Of a stretch of DNA of 64,000 nucleotides, positions 17,201 to 27,829 are shown one piece after another. Positions within the stretch are counted from its first letter, which is position 1. Each line of letters starts with the position of its first letter. The DNA comes from a virus. Taxonomy: Duplodnaviria; Caudoviricetes. The notes below the pieces were generated by a model. That model was not told where the DNA came from. It made no database searches and saw nothing but the letters and a program-made list of their open reading frames with translations. The position numbers and the translations under genes are program-made. The stretch spans positions 1-64,000 of the IMG/VR virus record IMGVR_UViG_3300009092_000002. One strand, 5' to 3'.

Positions 17201-19162
17201 TTACAGGGTGACTCCAGTTTGCAAGTACCCGAATCCGCGCATGAGCATTGTCCGCGCCGATCCGGTGAGAGTCTTTAGCCACCACTGAACATGTTCGTTT
17301 TCGTTGGGCAGGTTAGTTGTAATAGTCTGCTCTGTTTCTCCGTTCACCGAAAAGCGCCAAGTCCCGGCTGTTGTAACCCGAATGCGTATCGTGTAAGTGG
17401 TGTTGGCGGCAACGGTGACCGTGCTGTCCGCCGAGGTACATGTGGATGAGGCGCAGGAGCGGAATTTGAATACCGTATCGCCGTCAGCGGTGTTGAAGGA
17501 GACCCCTAGGCAATTGGCTGCCCCGTTGATGCAGTTAAGGCTACCATTCACAAAGCCGACATTAAACATGACGCTTGTGATCGTTCCAAGCCGCACAACA
17601 TACTGAACTTCAACGTTAGCTACGGTTGAAGGATTGACCGCCAACAATGTAGTGTTCGCCAGATGTGCGCGTGTAATATCGTTCGTGGTTCCGCCGGTTG
17701 TCAACGTGACTTGGCAGCCTCCGCCGGTTATATTGCTTGCCGCAAGCGTTCCAGTACCAACGTCGTTTACGCCAGTCCATGAGAGACCACCGAAGTATTG
17801 GAGGTTGCTACCAGCCGCTTGGGCAGCCGTACAAAATGTGTCGCGCAGAATGATACTGGAAAAATCGAACGGATTTTGTGAAACGACAGCACTGGAGACG
17901 GAGATACCGGAGCCTCCGGTGACTGACGTTCCCGATCCGCCTTGCAAGTTGAAAGCAGTCGCTCCCGAGTTTAGACAAATACGCCTTGATTGATTAGCCG
18001 TAATGTCGCCAGCGGTCAACGCTCCTCCACTCGGAGACAGAACAGAGAGAGCGCCAAGCGTATCCATATTAATACTGAAGGTCGTCGTGTTGGCAGTGCT
18101 GGAATTGAGCGTAAAGCAACCTCCTGCCGTATACGTGGTAAGCGTTGGAGTTAGCGTACAGGCACCCACTGTACTTCCATTCGTAGATCGGCAGTAGGTG
18201 GCCGCTCCCGACTGATCGTTAGCCAGCGATTGAATAACGGCGGTATCGGTCGCGACGGACAGTTGGTACTTGCCTGCGGGGTTTGAGCCCGTCAACGCAA
18301 CGCCGGTGCCTGCTACGAAATTAGCCGTTCCTTCCGTCGCCGTCGTGGAGCCGGCGGTTTGCCAGATGGTGGTGCCTGCGCCTCCGCAAGATCCCGAGGT
18401 ACCGTTCACCTTAACGCAATCCGTCGCTGTTCCCGATACCACCCCAGGCGTACCCGCGCTCCACGTTCCGACGCCGGTCAGCGATGTGAAGTTAATGGAG
18501 GCGTTCGGCCAGGTGTGCGTTTTGAGAGTGGAGGCGGGGCCGGAGATCGCAAAGAATCCGTTGCCGGTGCCACCGACCGCGCCAGTGAGAATACCGGCCG
18601 CGATTGCCGCTGCGCTCAAAGTTCCGCCACCCGCAGTATTCTGGTGCGTATGGCCAGCTAGGGTGAAATCCGGCACCGTTGGTTGGCCGGTAAAGACCGG
18701 AGAAAGTAGCGGAGCCTTGAGACCAAGAGCGGTATTCAGGTCCGTCTGTGAACTCAGCGTGCCCGTGATGGAGCCCCAGGACCCACCTCCGCCGCCCCCT
18801 GCCGTCCCAAAGCTGTAGTAATTGACCCCATTGCTGCGAATACAGGTTCCCTGCGTGGTTGTGTTCCCAGCCCCGAGAACTAAGGTTGCATGACCGTCGA
18901 TCGTACTTGTGGTTGGCGTGATCGTCACGGTTCCTGCCCCGATATTCGACCAGCAGGCCCACCAGCCGTATCCGAATCCGCTAGCAGCCGTAGCTTGCGG
19001 CAAAGTGTCGCTCATTGATCCAGCGTTCGAGCGAACGATTTGTTTCGTCCAGTCTGACGCAACCGCTGTATACGTCGTCCCGGTTTGCAGCTTGACGATG
19101 GAGCGATTTGGGAACTGCGCCGCGAGGGGGAGAGAGATCGCAAGCAGCAGAATGGTTTTCAT
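17201..19162 (-). CDS. Tail-fibre-like protein with signal peptide
   Basis: MKTILLLAISLPLAA-Q; GGGGGSWGSITGTLSSQTDL fibre motif; lectin-like beta C-terminus. Confidence 0.7.
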   Translation of the reverse strand: MKTILLLAISLPLAAQFPNRSIVKLQTGTTYTAVASDWTKQIVRSNAGSMSDTLPQATAASGFGYGWWACWSNIGAGTVTITPTTSTIDGHATLVLGAGNTTTQGTCIRSNGVNYYSFGTAGGGGGGSWGSITGTLSSQTDLNTALGLKAPLLSPVFTGQPTVPDFTLAGHTHQNTAGGGTLSAAAIAAGILTGAVGGTGNGFFAISGPASTLKTHTWPNASINFTSLTGVGTWSAGTPGVVSGTATDCVKVNGTSGSCGGAGTTIWQTAGSTTATEGTANFVAGTGVALTGSNPAGKYQLSVATDTAVIQSLANDQSGAATYCRSTNGSTVGACTLTPTLTTYTAGGCFTLNSSTANTTTFSINMDTLGALSVLSPSGGALTAGDITANQSRRICLNSGATAFNLQGGSGTSVTGGSGISVSSAVVSQNPFDFSSIILRDTFCTAAQAAGSNLQYFGGLSWTGVNDVGTGTLAASNITGGGCQVTLTTGGTTNDITRAHLANTTLLAVNPSTVANVEVQYVVRLGTITSVMFNVGFVNGSLNCINGAANCLGVSFNTADGDTVFKFRSCASSTCTSADSTVTVAANTTYTIRIRVTTAGTWRFSVNGETEQTITTNLPNENEHVQWWLKTLTGSARTMLMRGFGYLQTGVTL

Positions 19163-19167
19163 TTGAT

Positions 19168-19692
19168 TTACTGGTAATCCAAAGTGGCCCTATCCGCACA
19201 GACTTGTCCGTAAGGACGACCGCCGACTGCGGTTTGAACGGATTGCAGTAACGCGCTTACAGTTCTGAATTTTTTGACTTTCCAAATGCCCGCCGTGTCG
19301 CGCGGGGCCGTAGTCATTATTCGGAGTGTTGATTCGGTATAGGTGGCGTCAGAAACGCTAGCGCTGGCGTATGTAAATGTCGTCGTGCTGGGAACCGTTA
19401 GGATGATGAACGTGCCGTTGATGTCGGTGTCCACGGTTCCTCCAGAAACGGTCACCTTGTTGCCAATTTGTAAGCCATGCGCCGTTGATGTGGTAGCGGT
19501 GCCCGTGTTCGACGAGTCAACGATATTCGTTAGCGTGGAATTGTTGCGCGACCAGTAGAAGGCGGGCTGGATTGCCGGCGCTTCGCAGGTATACTCTAGG
19601 TCCGTGCCAGAGTAGAAAAACAATGTTGTAAGAGCGGTCTGTGCTCCGAGAGCAAGCGCAAGGGTGATTACAATCGCGAACACTTTTCTCAT
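19168..19692 (-). CDS. Small exported beta-barrel-module protein
   Basis: MRKVFAIVITLALALGA-Q; AHGLQIGNKVTVSG...INGTFII module. Confidence 0.7.
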   Translation of the reverse strand: MRKVFAIVITLALALGAQTALTTLFFYSGTDLEYTCEAPAIQPAFYWSRNNSTLTNIVDSSNTGTATTSTAHGLQIGNKVTVSGGTVDTDINGTFIILTVPSTTTFTYASASVSDATYTESTLRIMTTAPRDTAGIWKVKKFRTVSALLQSVQTAVGGRPYGQVCADRATLDYQ

Positions 19693-19707
19693 GGTTCTCC
19701 TCTGGAT

Positions 19708-22700
19708 CTACGGCCTAGCGGCGATCTCGGCTTCGATGCCTTCTATTACACTCGGCGTGATGATCTTCTTGTCGATCCAATCCTGAAAGATACGGGATCG
19801 CTCTGCAGGCGGAATGTCCGTTAGCTTCTGAACGATAAATCTGGCGCGAGTTTTCACGGGCGAAGTTCGGATATGCGCTTCGAATCTGGAGAGATCCGAA
19901 TTCTGGCGCTCGATGATCTTCTCAATGGCTCCCAACGTCTCATCGTCTAACTTCATTTCGCGTACTCGCTTGCCGCGCTCTGCTGGCGGGATTCCCGAGA
20001 GTTCCGCATACAGCGTCTGCGCTTTCCTGGCTAGCGCTACGTTCTCATCGGTGACGGCGGTCTCGACCTGCTTGAGGTCGTCGAATCGCTGGGTTTCTTG
20101 TTCTCCGCCGTGAGCGCCAGAGAATCGACCCGATATTTGCTTGCCCGCAGTAGATGGGCTGGAGATTTGACGACCCAAACCTCCGAACTGCGTTGCTACG
20201 GCGTTCTGGATCTTCATCGGCGACACCCCAGTAAGTTCCCCTGCCTTTACGAATCCGCTTGGAGTGTCTGCGGTGTACTGGTTCTCCGGAGAAGCCTTTG
20301 TTAGATCACCATAGGGGCCACGTGTCGGAACTATCTCGCGATCGGTGTACAGATTTTTATTGGTGATTCCCTCAACGCCGGCCTTGACTAGCGGGGGAAG
20401 AGTTCCGCTCGCTACGGCGCCACCAGAGAACTTGCCATTCCTCTCGAACGGTACCGGCGATAGGTCGCTGAGTACTTGTGTTGCGAGCACATCGAGAGCC
20501 TTTGGATTGTTTTTGTCGAGGTAGGATAGGAAGTTTTCCAGCGGATTTCCGAATGCCTTGGCGTCGCCTTTGGGAAGCTTGATAACTTGGGTATAGTTGC
20601 CTTTTTCGTCTTTGGCGTCACCGTAGATGATGAGGAAATTGGCGTCCTTCTCGTACTGCGAAATGTCGTCCCACACGTCCTTATGGTTCCGCGTGTTGTT
20701 CAGGTAGGTGGCAACGACCGGAGCGCCGACAATGGCAGCCAAGCCAAGCGCCGCGCGTTTCGGCTGGCCCTTGATCGCTCCCAGCATATTAACCGTGCCC
20801 TGCGTGCGTGCATTGAGGAACGGAACCCACTGGTTGACGATCTTTAAGGTCGTGCCGGATTTAGCAAAGTCCACCGTAGCGTTGCGGGAGTTGAACGCTG
20901 CTTCCGTCTCCGAAAGCCCCTGCCGAAGCGCGCGTTTGTAAACCCCGAGACGCGGAGCCATCTCGATATGCTCCGCCGAGTACCGCAAGAGTTCTACCGG
21001 ATTTAGGATCGTCTTGGCCGCCTTCAGGCTGAGCGGCTGCGTCAACTGTCGCGCTGCCGAGGGAAGTGCTTTTTGGCTGCCGAAGTAGCCGCTGAAGGAA
21101 GCGCCACTCTCCATGTAGGATTGAAAATCTTTCCCGTGATTGACGGATTCGGCAAACCCGCGAATCCAGTCCGCTGGCGTGAAACCAACCTTGGAGACGA
21201 TGGTGGCAGTCTGGAAGTCACGCACGGCGTTCGCCGGGATGAAGGCCACGTTCAGGGAAGTCGCGCCAGCCCTGAGCGCCGCGGCGCTCTTTGACGCCCA
21301 TTTGGTGATGAGATCGGCGCTTTCTGTGGTCATCCCCTTGAGCGCCTTGCCTACATTCTTCGGAACGGCGTACTCGTATTTCACGCCGTTGCGAAGTACG
21401 GCCATCTTGTCCATGCCAGCCGGGACAAAGCCGCCTTTTCCTACAGGTTCGACGATTCCCTTAAACTGCGGATCGGTTGCCAGCGAAGCCACCTTTTCGG
21501 CTACCTTATTTCGCTCGATCAGGCTGATTGTTTTGGCTGTGCGCCGGATGATGGATTCAACGGGATCGGCAATTGCCTTCTCGCTGCCGGAAATGGCCTT
21601 GATGACCTTTTGCGCCGGGACGTTGAATGAGTTCGAGCCGTGCGGCATCTGATCGACCGAATCGGCGAGGTACTCCAGGCGCTCGAATGGGATGTACTTC
21701 TGATTCTTTGTAAGAATAGACTGGTAGGCTTTTTGTCCGATCAGCCCAGCGTCGGCCGCTTCCTTTAGGATGCCGTTGCTGTAGTCGCGGACGCCTTGCG
21801 CCAAACGTTTTACCTCTGCCACCTTCTGCGGCCCCAGTCGGGCCTCCATCGCCGCGAGTTCTGCTTGGACGTTGGCAACTGTCTTTCCACCGGGGATTTT
21901 GTAGGTCGCCGCAAGATCCGGCCTGGAGCCGAGTTCGACGTGGCGCTCCAATGTCATGTAGTCGGTCGCGTCGCGGAGCAGTCCCGGCCGGCGACCGATA
22001 GCCGACTCCCAGAAGCCGCCCTTGGGTAGAATGTTGGCGAGTTGATCTAGGCGGTTTTGGATCTTTCCGTAATGGCCTGCGTAGTTGCGTGCGGCGACGT
22101 AAGGGTCGGAGTCCACTGTTAGTTTTTTGTCTTTGACTAAATGGCGCAGTGGGGCGAGGCGGTCGAGGAGTTGAGTCTCAAGGTCGATAGCTTTTTCCCG
22201 GATAGCTTGCGCATTGATGGTGATGGAACCGCGTTCGGGATTTCGGAAGGCTGCATCGAATGCTTCCTTTGGCGTAGACCTGCCGAATATGCTTTCCGTA
22301 CCGTTATCGAATCCCTCTGTTGCATACTGCCGAACGGCCTTGGTAAGAGCGGTCGGCGTCATGTCGCGTAGCGCAGTAGCCAATCGAACGGCTTCGTCCG
22401 AGAATTCAGGTGCGCCACCGAACATGTCTTCCTGCCTAACTGCGTCAGAAATTGTCTTCAATCCGTGAGCACGGGCATACTCCAGAAGATTCAGAGACTC
22501 ACGCAACTTGGGAGCTAGGTCCCATTCCGGATTCCCCTTGGTTGTCATCGCCGGAGCCGCGATGCGCTCCAGCTTGTTCCTTAAGGATGGCTCTGCCCTT
22601 TGCATCTGGTCGCTGTCGGCAAAGAAGTCTCCGAGGAGCATCTTGGAGATTCGCTCTTTCGCGTGCGCCGTCACTGCTCCGGTGCGTGCGTCCACCAGCT

Positions 22701-24603
22701 TTGGCTTTTCCTGGATAGTGAATACGCCTTCTTCGATGAGCCGATTAACTACCTCGTGACCACGGTTGCCGCTCAACACTTCCGAGATGGTAGTATCTGG
22801 ACCGGACTGCTCAAGGGCTGAGGCGATGTATTCAGTAGCCCTCGGCGACATGCCACGAGCGTCCGTGGTGGATTGTTCGGCGGGCGTTAGTTCAGCGGTT
22901 TCCCGCTTATTCATGTCCGTGACGGCGCGAGACACATCCGACTTAGATGCCAGCTTCCTAACGAGAACAGGCTGCTTCATACTGGCCACGTGACTCGCAT
23001 CGAAGCCAAATTGCCCAGCTTTTTCGGAGAGGGTGTTTCTGTAGGCCGCTGCGCCTTCTGGATTGCCCTGATAGACGCGCTGAAGAGTCATCACGCGACT
23101 ATTCCCGCCGTACACGTTTCCATTGGAATCTATTACAGGAGGTCCGTTCGTGGCGGTCGGATTATCGTTAACAAGGAACGCCGGATCAAAGCGCGGGGAA
23201 CTGTTTATTAAAATGCGTTCTTGGTTGGACGGATCGGCGTAGTTCCGGTCATTGCGAATCTGGTATTCGGGATTCGCCTGGAAAGTGTGGCCGCTATGCG
23301 AGGGCTGGATATCCGCTAGTTCGCGGAGCTCGTACTCGGTTTGGTATCGGGTGTCTTCGCCGGGGACGCGGACTTCGGTGGCGCGACCAACCCTAGTTTC
23401 ATTCCTTGCCGGACGCGATCCGAGAACCGACGCGCCTTCTCCAATTCCTCTTGGTAGTTCTGTTCCATACGGTGGGAGTATATCAGAAACCGGGGTAGGT
23501 TGTGGAGTGGATGGCTCTAAGGCTTGTACTGGAACTACCTCTTCTGGTCGAACTACGATAGGCTCACGTGTAGCCTGAGCGGGGACCTTTGAAGCAACTG
23601 GCGGCTCCGGAGTGGAAATCGGCGTCACTTCTTCAGGCCGTACAACCAGCGGACGGCGGGCACTGGGTGCCGTTCCTACCTGTCGCCGCTGCGCCTTCGG
23701 AGGCCCCGGTGCGGAGCCAGCCTTGCCCTCCGCGATCAGATCGTCAATCGCGATCCGATCCGGATTACTGAGTTCCTCCCATTTCACGCCCAGCCGTTGC
23801 GCTGCCGTCTCCCGCGCTGCCTGTCCTCGCGCTACATTCTCTGGGATGCCCGTCTCCGGAACTACCGGCTTGACTGGCGGCTGGAATACTTCGGCGGACT
23901 GGCGCGCTGTCTGTGGTCGCGGAGTTCCTGCGGCGCGGAATACGGCTGCGGATTCTTCGGCGGATTTGAACGGCGCTGGCTCGATAGGTCCAACAGGCTT
24001 CGGGCCAACAGTTTCCGCAACCTTCGCTTCGACTGGCGATCGATGCCCACGGCTCGCCACCAATCCGCCGCCGGCGATTCCAGCCACGTCCGCAATTGGC
24101 GCGGCGTAATCTGGGTCTACGCCGACCGCTTCCAGGCCCTTCTCCGTCCCGTACTGCGCTGCGGCTCCGGTCGCAAGGGCGCGGGCAGTTCCCATGGTCA
24201 GCGGCAGGGGAATGATTCCAGATGCCGCCTCAAGTCCGCCGCGGATCACATCCGATACCCCACGAGACTTAGCCTTTGCTCCCGGCTGGGTAGCAATCTT
24301 CTTGCCGCCGTAAATCATCCGCATCCCGCCTCCGATCACCGGCCCTAGTCCAAAATCGGGAGAGTCGCGGAGTGTCCGGCCTTCGCGGGCCGCCGTGCTG
24401 ACGACTTCCTGTTGCAATTGATCGGGAGTACGTGGATTGAGGCGGCGCTCCTCGTCTGCGGCCTCCTTGCGTTCGTCCTGGGCCTGCAGGCCATAGGGGA
24501 CTAGGCGGCGCGGGAGTCGCGGAGCGGATTGCTGGTCGAGTTCCTCCGGACGCACTACCAGCGGCGCTTGGTCGAGTTCGTCGATTCTGACCGTGATTGG
24601 CAT
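19708..24603 (-). CDS. Large polyvalent/ejection protein (ddrB-like ParB domain plus LPD38-like C-terminus)
   Basis: YELRELADIQPSH...GPPVIDSNGNVYGGNSR (ddrB-ParB pattern); WDDISQYEKDANFLI...IKLPK (LPD38 pattern); position after other internal virion genes. Confidence 0.75.
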   Translation of the reverse strand: MPITVRIDELDQAPLVVRPEELDQQSAPRLPRRLVPYGLQAQDERKEAADEERRLNPRTPDQLQQEVVSTAAREGRTLRDSPDFGLGPVIGGGMRMIYGGKKIATQPGAKAKSRGVSDVIRGGLEAASGIIPLPLTMGTARALATGAAAQYGTEKGLEAVGVDPDYAAPIADVAGIAGGGLVASRGHRSPVEAKVAETVGPKPVGPIEPAPFKSAEESAAVFRAAGTPRPQTARQSAEVFQPPVKPVVPETGIPENVARGQAARETAAQRLGVKWEELSNPDRIAIDDLIAEGKAGSAPGPPKAQRRQVGTAPSARRPLVVRPEEVTPISTPEPPVASKVPAQATREPIVVRPEEVVPVQALEPSTPQPTPVSDILPPYGTELPRGIGEGASVLGSRPARNETRVGRATEVRVPGEDTRYQTEYELRELADIQPSHSGHTFQANPEYQIRNDRNYADPSNQERILINSSPRFDPAFLVNDNPTATNGPPVIDSNGNVYGGNSRVMTLQRVYQGNPEGAAAYRNTLSEKAGQFGFDASHVASMKQPVLVRKLASKSDVSRAVTDMNKRETAELTPAEQSTTDARGMSPRATEYIASALEQSGPDTTISEVLSGNRGHEVVNRLIEEGVFTIQEKPKLVDARTGAVTAHAKERISKMLLGDFFADSDQMQRAEPSLRNKLERIAAPAMTTKGNPEWDLAPKLRESLNLLEYARAHGLKTISDAVRQEDMFGGAPEFSDEAVRLATALRDMTPTALTKAVRQYATEGFDNGTESIFGRSTPKEAFDAAFRNPERGSITINAQAIREKAIDLETQLLDRLAPLRHLVKDKKLTVDSDPYVAARNYAGHYGKIQNRLDQLANILPKGGFWESAIGRRPGLLRDATDYMTLERHVELGSRPDLAATYKIPGGKTVANVQAELAAMEARLGPQKVAEVKRLAQGVRDYSNGILKEAADAGLIGQKAYQSILTKNQKYIPFERLEYLADSVDQMPHGSNSFNVPAQKVIKAISGSEKAIADPVESIIRRTAKTISLIERNKVAEKVASLATDPQFKGIVEPVGKGGFVPAGMDKMAVLRNGVKYEYAVPKNVGKALKGMTTESADLITKWASKSAAALRAGATSLNVAFIPANAVRDFQTATIVSKVGFTPADWIRGFAESVNHGKDFQSYMESGASFSGYFGSQKALPSAARQLTQPLSLKAAKTILNPVELLRYSAEHIEMAPRLGVYKRALRQGLSETEAAFNSRNATVDFAKSGTTLKIVNQWVPFLNARTQGTVNMLGAIKGQPKRAALGLAAIVGAPVVATYLNNTRNHKDVWDDISQYEKDANFLIIYGDAKDEKGNYTQVIKLPKGDAKAFGNPLENFLSYLDKNNPKALDVLATQVLSDLSPVPFERNGKFSGGAVASGTLPPLVKAGVEGITNKNLYTDREIVPTRGPYGDLTKASPENQYTADTPSGFVKAGELTGVSPMKIQNAVATQFGGLGRQISSPSTAGKQISGRFSGAHGGEQETQRFDDLKQVETAVTDENVALARKAQTLYAELSGIPPAERGKRVREMKLDDETLGAIEKIIERQNSDLSRFEAHIRTSPVKTRARFIVQKLTDIPPAERSRIFQDWIDKKIITPSVIEGIEAEIAARP

Positions 24604-25848
24604 TTAGTTATCGAGAACGAGCGTCCCGTCCGGATTTACGCTTAGAACTTTGTGCGGCTTGCCTTTATAGTTCACAGGGTCGCCTGGTTTGTACTTAGAT
24701 CCACCCGCCGAGGGCGACGGAGACGCGGAACCGCCGCCCAGGAACTTTTCCATCGCTGGAGACAACTTGCTCTTCTTTTTAGGAGAGCGCTGCGTTAGCT
24801 GGCGCTCTACTCCAGCGAAAGCGGCCGGATCGTCCGCCAGGAGGCTCTTAGCTTCGGCGACCGCCGCTTCCAGGTTGTCGCCGTGCTTCATGCGGAGCTG
24901 GCCGACCACCTCGTTTATTTCCCGCGTCAATACTTGGTTGGGCGTGCTGCCGGCCTCGGTCTTAGTTTTTCCGATTCTGCCTAGCGGAAGCTTGCCACCT
25001 GGGGAGCTCGCAACCTCGGTAGGCTTTACAGATACGGCTGTGACGTTCCCTTGGTTGTCCGATTCAAAATGCGTAATGGGCTTCTCAGGGTGAAGTTGGT
25101 TATACGTGTCCCTAAGGGAATCCAGTTGCGCCTTCTTCTGCTCCGGTGGTGCGTCACTGCGGAATATTTCCAATGCCTGCCCTTCGATGGTTCTCGCGGG
25201 CGCAGGGGCGTTAGGCTTTCCGGTACGCGCCGTCCTGAAGCCGGTTGGATCGCTAGCGTCGGGCACGATCAGATTCTTAGTAGGGTCATGTTGAATCGGA
25301 TCAGGCGGCTTTGGACCCACTGCTGCCAGGGCCCTCGCCCTCACCTCCTGTCCTTCGTAAGCCCCTGCGTGAGCACGCTTGAGCGCTAGGTCGGCTTCCT
25401 GATCCTCTGCTGCTCGTTGCGACGTTACCTTGTTGCCTTCGATCTGCGCTTGCTGCCCGTATGTATCGAGTCTCCGCTTCCAATCGTCAGTACGTCGCCG
25501 GAATCCTGCTTCCCCGGTTACGCCTTCGACTGCGGCCTGCGTATCGCGCGGGTCGATGCGCGTCCGTCCGCTGGCATTGATGAATCCAGCCCCACCACCA
25601 ATAAGCCCAGCCGCAAGACGCTGCCACCCTGACGGTGCTTGGCGCTCCGGACGCTCTCCTAGCGTCTGCTTTACTTTATCCATCGCGGCGCTGAATTCCG
25701 GACTGAGCACACGACTGGAACGCGGCACAGTGATCGGTGTGGGCGAAGAGGCAGGCGCTTCCTCGGGATCATTCGGATACGTACGCATGGTGCGCAGTGG
25801 GTTATCGCGAGGGAGGAGATCGTCCTCTTCTGGATATAAAAAGCTCAT
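24604..25848 (-). CDS. Putative ejection/internal virion protein
   Basis: Helical, charged, GLIGGGAG hydrophobic patch; podovirus ejection-gene position. Confidence 0.55.
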   Translation of the reverse strand: MSFLYPEEDDLLPRDNPLRTMRTYPNDPEEAPASSPTPITVPRSSRVLSPEFSAAMDKVKQTLGERPERQAPSGWQRLAAGLIGGGAGFINASGRTRIDPRDTQAAVEGVTGEAGFRRRTDDWKRRLDTYGQQAQIEGNKVTSQRAAEDQEADLALKRAHAGAYEGQEVRARALAAVGPKPPDPIQHDPTKNLIVPDASDPTGFRTARTGKPNAPAPARTIEGQALEIFRSDAPPEQKKAQLDSLRDTYNQLHPEKPITHFESDNQGNVTAVSVKPTEVASSPGGKLPLGRIGKTKTEAGSTPNQVLTREINEVVGQLRMKHGDNLEAAVAEAKSLLADDPAAFAGVERQLTQRSPKKKSKLSPAMEKFLGGGSASPSPSAGGSKYKPGDPVNYKGKPHKVLSVNPDGTLVLDN

Positions 25849-25854
25849 GCGTCC

Positions 25855-27282
25855 TTACGGCTTTGCTCCAAAATAAGCGCCGACTCCACCCGCAACTGCG
25901 CCGGTCAATTTCTCCCACCACTTGGGCTGATTGTCCTGATTCGCCTGCGCCTGCACAGTGCCTTGCTGCAAACCGCCCTGCGTACCGTACAATCCGATCT
26001 GCTGGCCAGCCGCTGCATTCTCGTTGCCGCTCGCCACATCGCTCTGATGGGTCAGATATCCGCGACCTTCCTGCGCTTCCTTGAGCCGCTGTTGCGCGAC
26101 CTGAGCGTTCCTGTTCGACAGCTCTGAATCGACCGCCGCGCCACGGTAGAACTGGTTTTGCTGATTTTCCTGCGACGTCCGCGCCCTCTGCTCGGCAATG
26201 ATGCGTTGACGCTCTGCCGCGTCTTTCTCCTGCCCGACGGCAAGTTCCGTTCCGAGCCCTTGGTTGTACTGATCAACGTTGCGCCTCTGCGCGTTGATCT
26301 GCTGCTCTCCGGCGATATCTGCCTGTCCGGAAACCTGCGCAGCGTTCGTATTGCGGTCGCCGATATCGCGCGCTGTATCAAGACGCAGCGCCTCCATGCG
26401 GTCCTGCGCCGTAAGTCTCCGTCCGCCGAGCGCGAGTTCGTTACTGGACCCAATCTCGGCCGCAGTCGTTTCACCGGCGCGCCGGCCCTTTTCGATATCG
26501 CTCTCCCGTCCCGCCGCTGCGTCGCTGGCGTAAATGCGGGCCTTGGTGGCAGCGTCTCCAGCCGCCCCTCCACTCTCGCGCAACAGGCGCTCCTTCATGG
26601 CCGCGATACCACCGGGATCAACTCCAGCCGCTCGACCCTGCCGCTCCAGATCACCCATCGCCGCACGATAGCCGGTTCCCGCCGATATCCCAGCGCCAGT
26701 TACGATGTCCTGTTTTTCCTGATCGGACATCCGCACGCGGTCGGCATAGCCGGGGTCCTGCCTCAGTCGGTCAGGATCTGCCGCTCCACGTACCCGATCC
26801 TCGGAGGTGTCGAGCGTTTCGTTAACGCCAGGTACGTAGTCTTCCGATAGCCGCAGATCCGGTTCATTTATGGAACTATACAGGCCGGAGCGCAGCCCGC
26901 CGCGCGCCTGCCGCTGGAATACCTCGCTCGTGTTCTGGTTGTCGTTCGAGTAATCCGGGTTGTAGTATTTTTCCCGCTCGTAGCCCTTTCCGGCGATGGC
27001 TTCCTTTTCAGCGTCATTGAAATAGTTGACGTTGTAGGCGGTGTCGCTCGGGAGAATACCCTGTAGTTCCTGTTCGCGGATGATGGCATCGCGCTCTTCG
27101 GGAGAATAGCCGCCCCTGCCCCCAATGAGTGGATCGTACGCCTCGTCGCCGTAGGAACGGTAAAACCTGCCTGCTTGGCTGGCGTTGGTAGCGCGGTCTT
27201 GCGCTTGATTGGCAAGATTGCCGCCTTGTCCATAAATCCATCCTCGATCCTGGGCAATAAAGTCTTTGGCGTTAACTGCCAT
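25855..27282 (-). CDS. Putative ejection/internal virion protein
   Basis: Gln/Ala-rich helical protein with C-terminal WWEKLTGAVAGGVGAYFG. Confidence 0.55.
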   Translation of the reverse strand: MAVNAKDFIAQDRGWIYGQGGNLANQAQDRATNASQAGRFYRSYGDEAYDPLIGGRGGYSPEERDAIIREQELQGILPSDTAYNVNYFNDAEKEAIAGKGYEREKYYNPDYSNDNQNTSEVFQRQARGGLRSGLYSSINEPDLRLSEDYVPGVNETLDTSEDRVRGAADPDRLRQDPGYADRVRMSDQEKQDIVTGAGISAGTGYRAAMGDLERQGRAAGVDPGGIAAMKERLLRESGGAAGDAATKARIYASDAAAGRESDIEKGRRAGETTAAEIGSSNELALGGRRLTAQDRMEALRLDTARDIGDRNTNAAQVSGQADIAGEQQINAQRRNVDQYNQGLGTELAVGQEKDAAERQRIIAEQRARTSQENQQNQFYRGAAVDSELSNRNAQVAQQRLKEAQEGRGYLTHQSDVASGNENAAAGQQIGLYGTQGGLQQGTVQAQANQDNQPKWWEKLTGAVAGGVGAYFGAKP

Positions 27283-27292
27283 GATCCCTCCG

Positions 27293-27592
27293 CTACCTTT
27301 TCTCCGCAGGCTTCTGCCAGGTCATGGTTTTGAAATCAATCACGCAGCCCGAACATTTGGCGTTCTGAATCTGCTCGATTGCCTTCGCTGCAGACTCGCT
27401 GGCATTCTTGAAGGCTTTCTCTTTTTCGTAGTAAGCCGCAAGCGCCGTCGCCATGTCCGCACGGGCCTCGGAGACCGAGAGCTGAAGTTCGCGAACTGAA
27501 CGAACCTCCGGGTCGGAGAGCTTTTCTGCCTCTGACTTGTCGGCGGAGAAAAGTGACCCGCAGAGGAGCGCTACTAAAATTGTAATTTTCAT
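27293..27592 (-). CDS. Small exported coiled-coil protein
   Basis: Signal MKITILVALLCGSLFS-A; CSGC near C-terminus. Confidence 0.65.
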   Translation of the reverse strand: MKITILVALLCGSLFSADKSEAEKLSDPEVRSVRELQLSVSEARADMATALAAYYEKEKAFKNASESAAKAIEQIQNAKCSGCVIDFKTMTWQKPAEKR

Positions 27593-27618
27593 AGGATGCG
27601 TTCTAGTACTTCCCTTGG

Positions 27619-27647
27619 TTGCAAGTTACCGCAAATTGCGGTATGCT
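27619..27647 (+). promoter_or_regulatory. Sigma70-like promoter
   Basis: TTGCAA-17 nt-TATGCT. Confidence 0.6.
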
Positions 27648-27660
27648 TGCGCTTGTGAGT

Positions 27661-27822
27661 ATGGCAAATGACTACAAGTGCTTTAAGGTTGCGACTAGCG
27701 TCAGGTTGACACCGGAAGCCCTGCGCCTCTGGGCGGCGCTCGCGAAAAAACTTGGATTGACGAAAAGCGCCTGCCTGGAACTGGCAATACGAAAAATGGC
27801 CGAACTCAGCAAAATCGAGTAG
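27661..27822 (+). CDS. CopG/RHH DNA-binding protein
   Basis: TSVRLTPEALRLWAALAKKLGLTKSACLELAIRK. Confidence 0.75.
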   Translation: MANDYKCFKVATSVRLTPEALRLWAALAKKLGLTKSACLELAIRKMAELSKIE

Positions 27823-27829
27823 GTACCCC

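Noticed and set aside
19708-24603. Tape-measure protein
   Set aside because: Carries polyvalent enzymatic-type domains, and no tail tube, sheath or frameshifted chaperone genes accompany it; fits an ejection protein better
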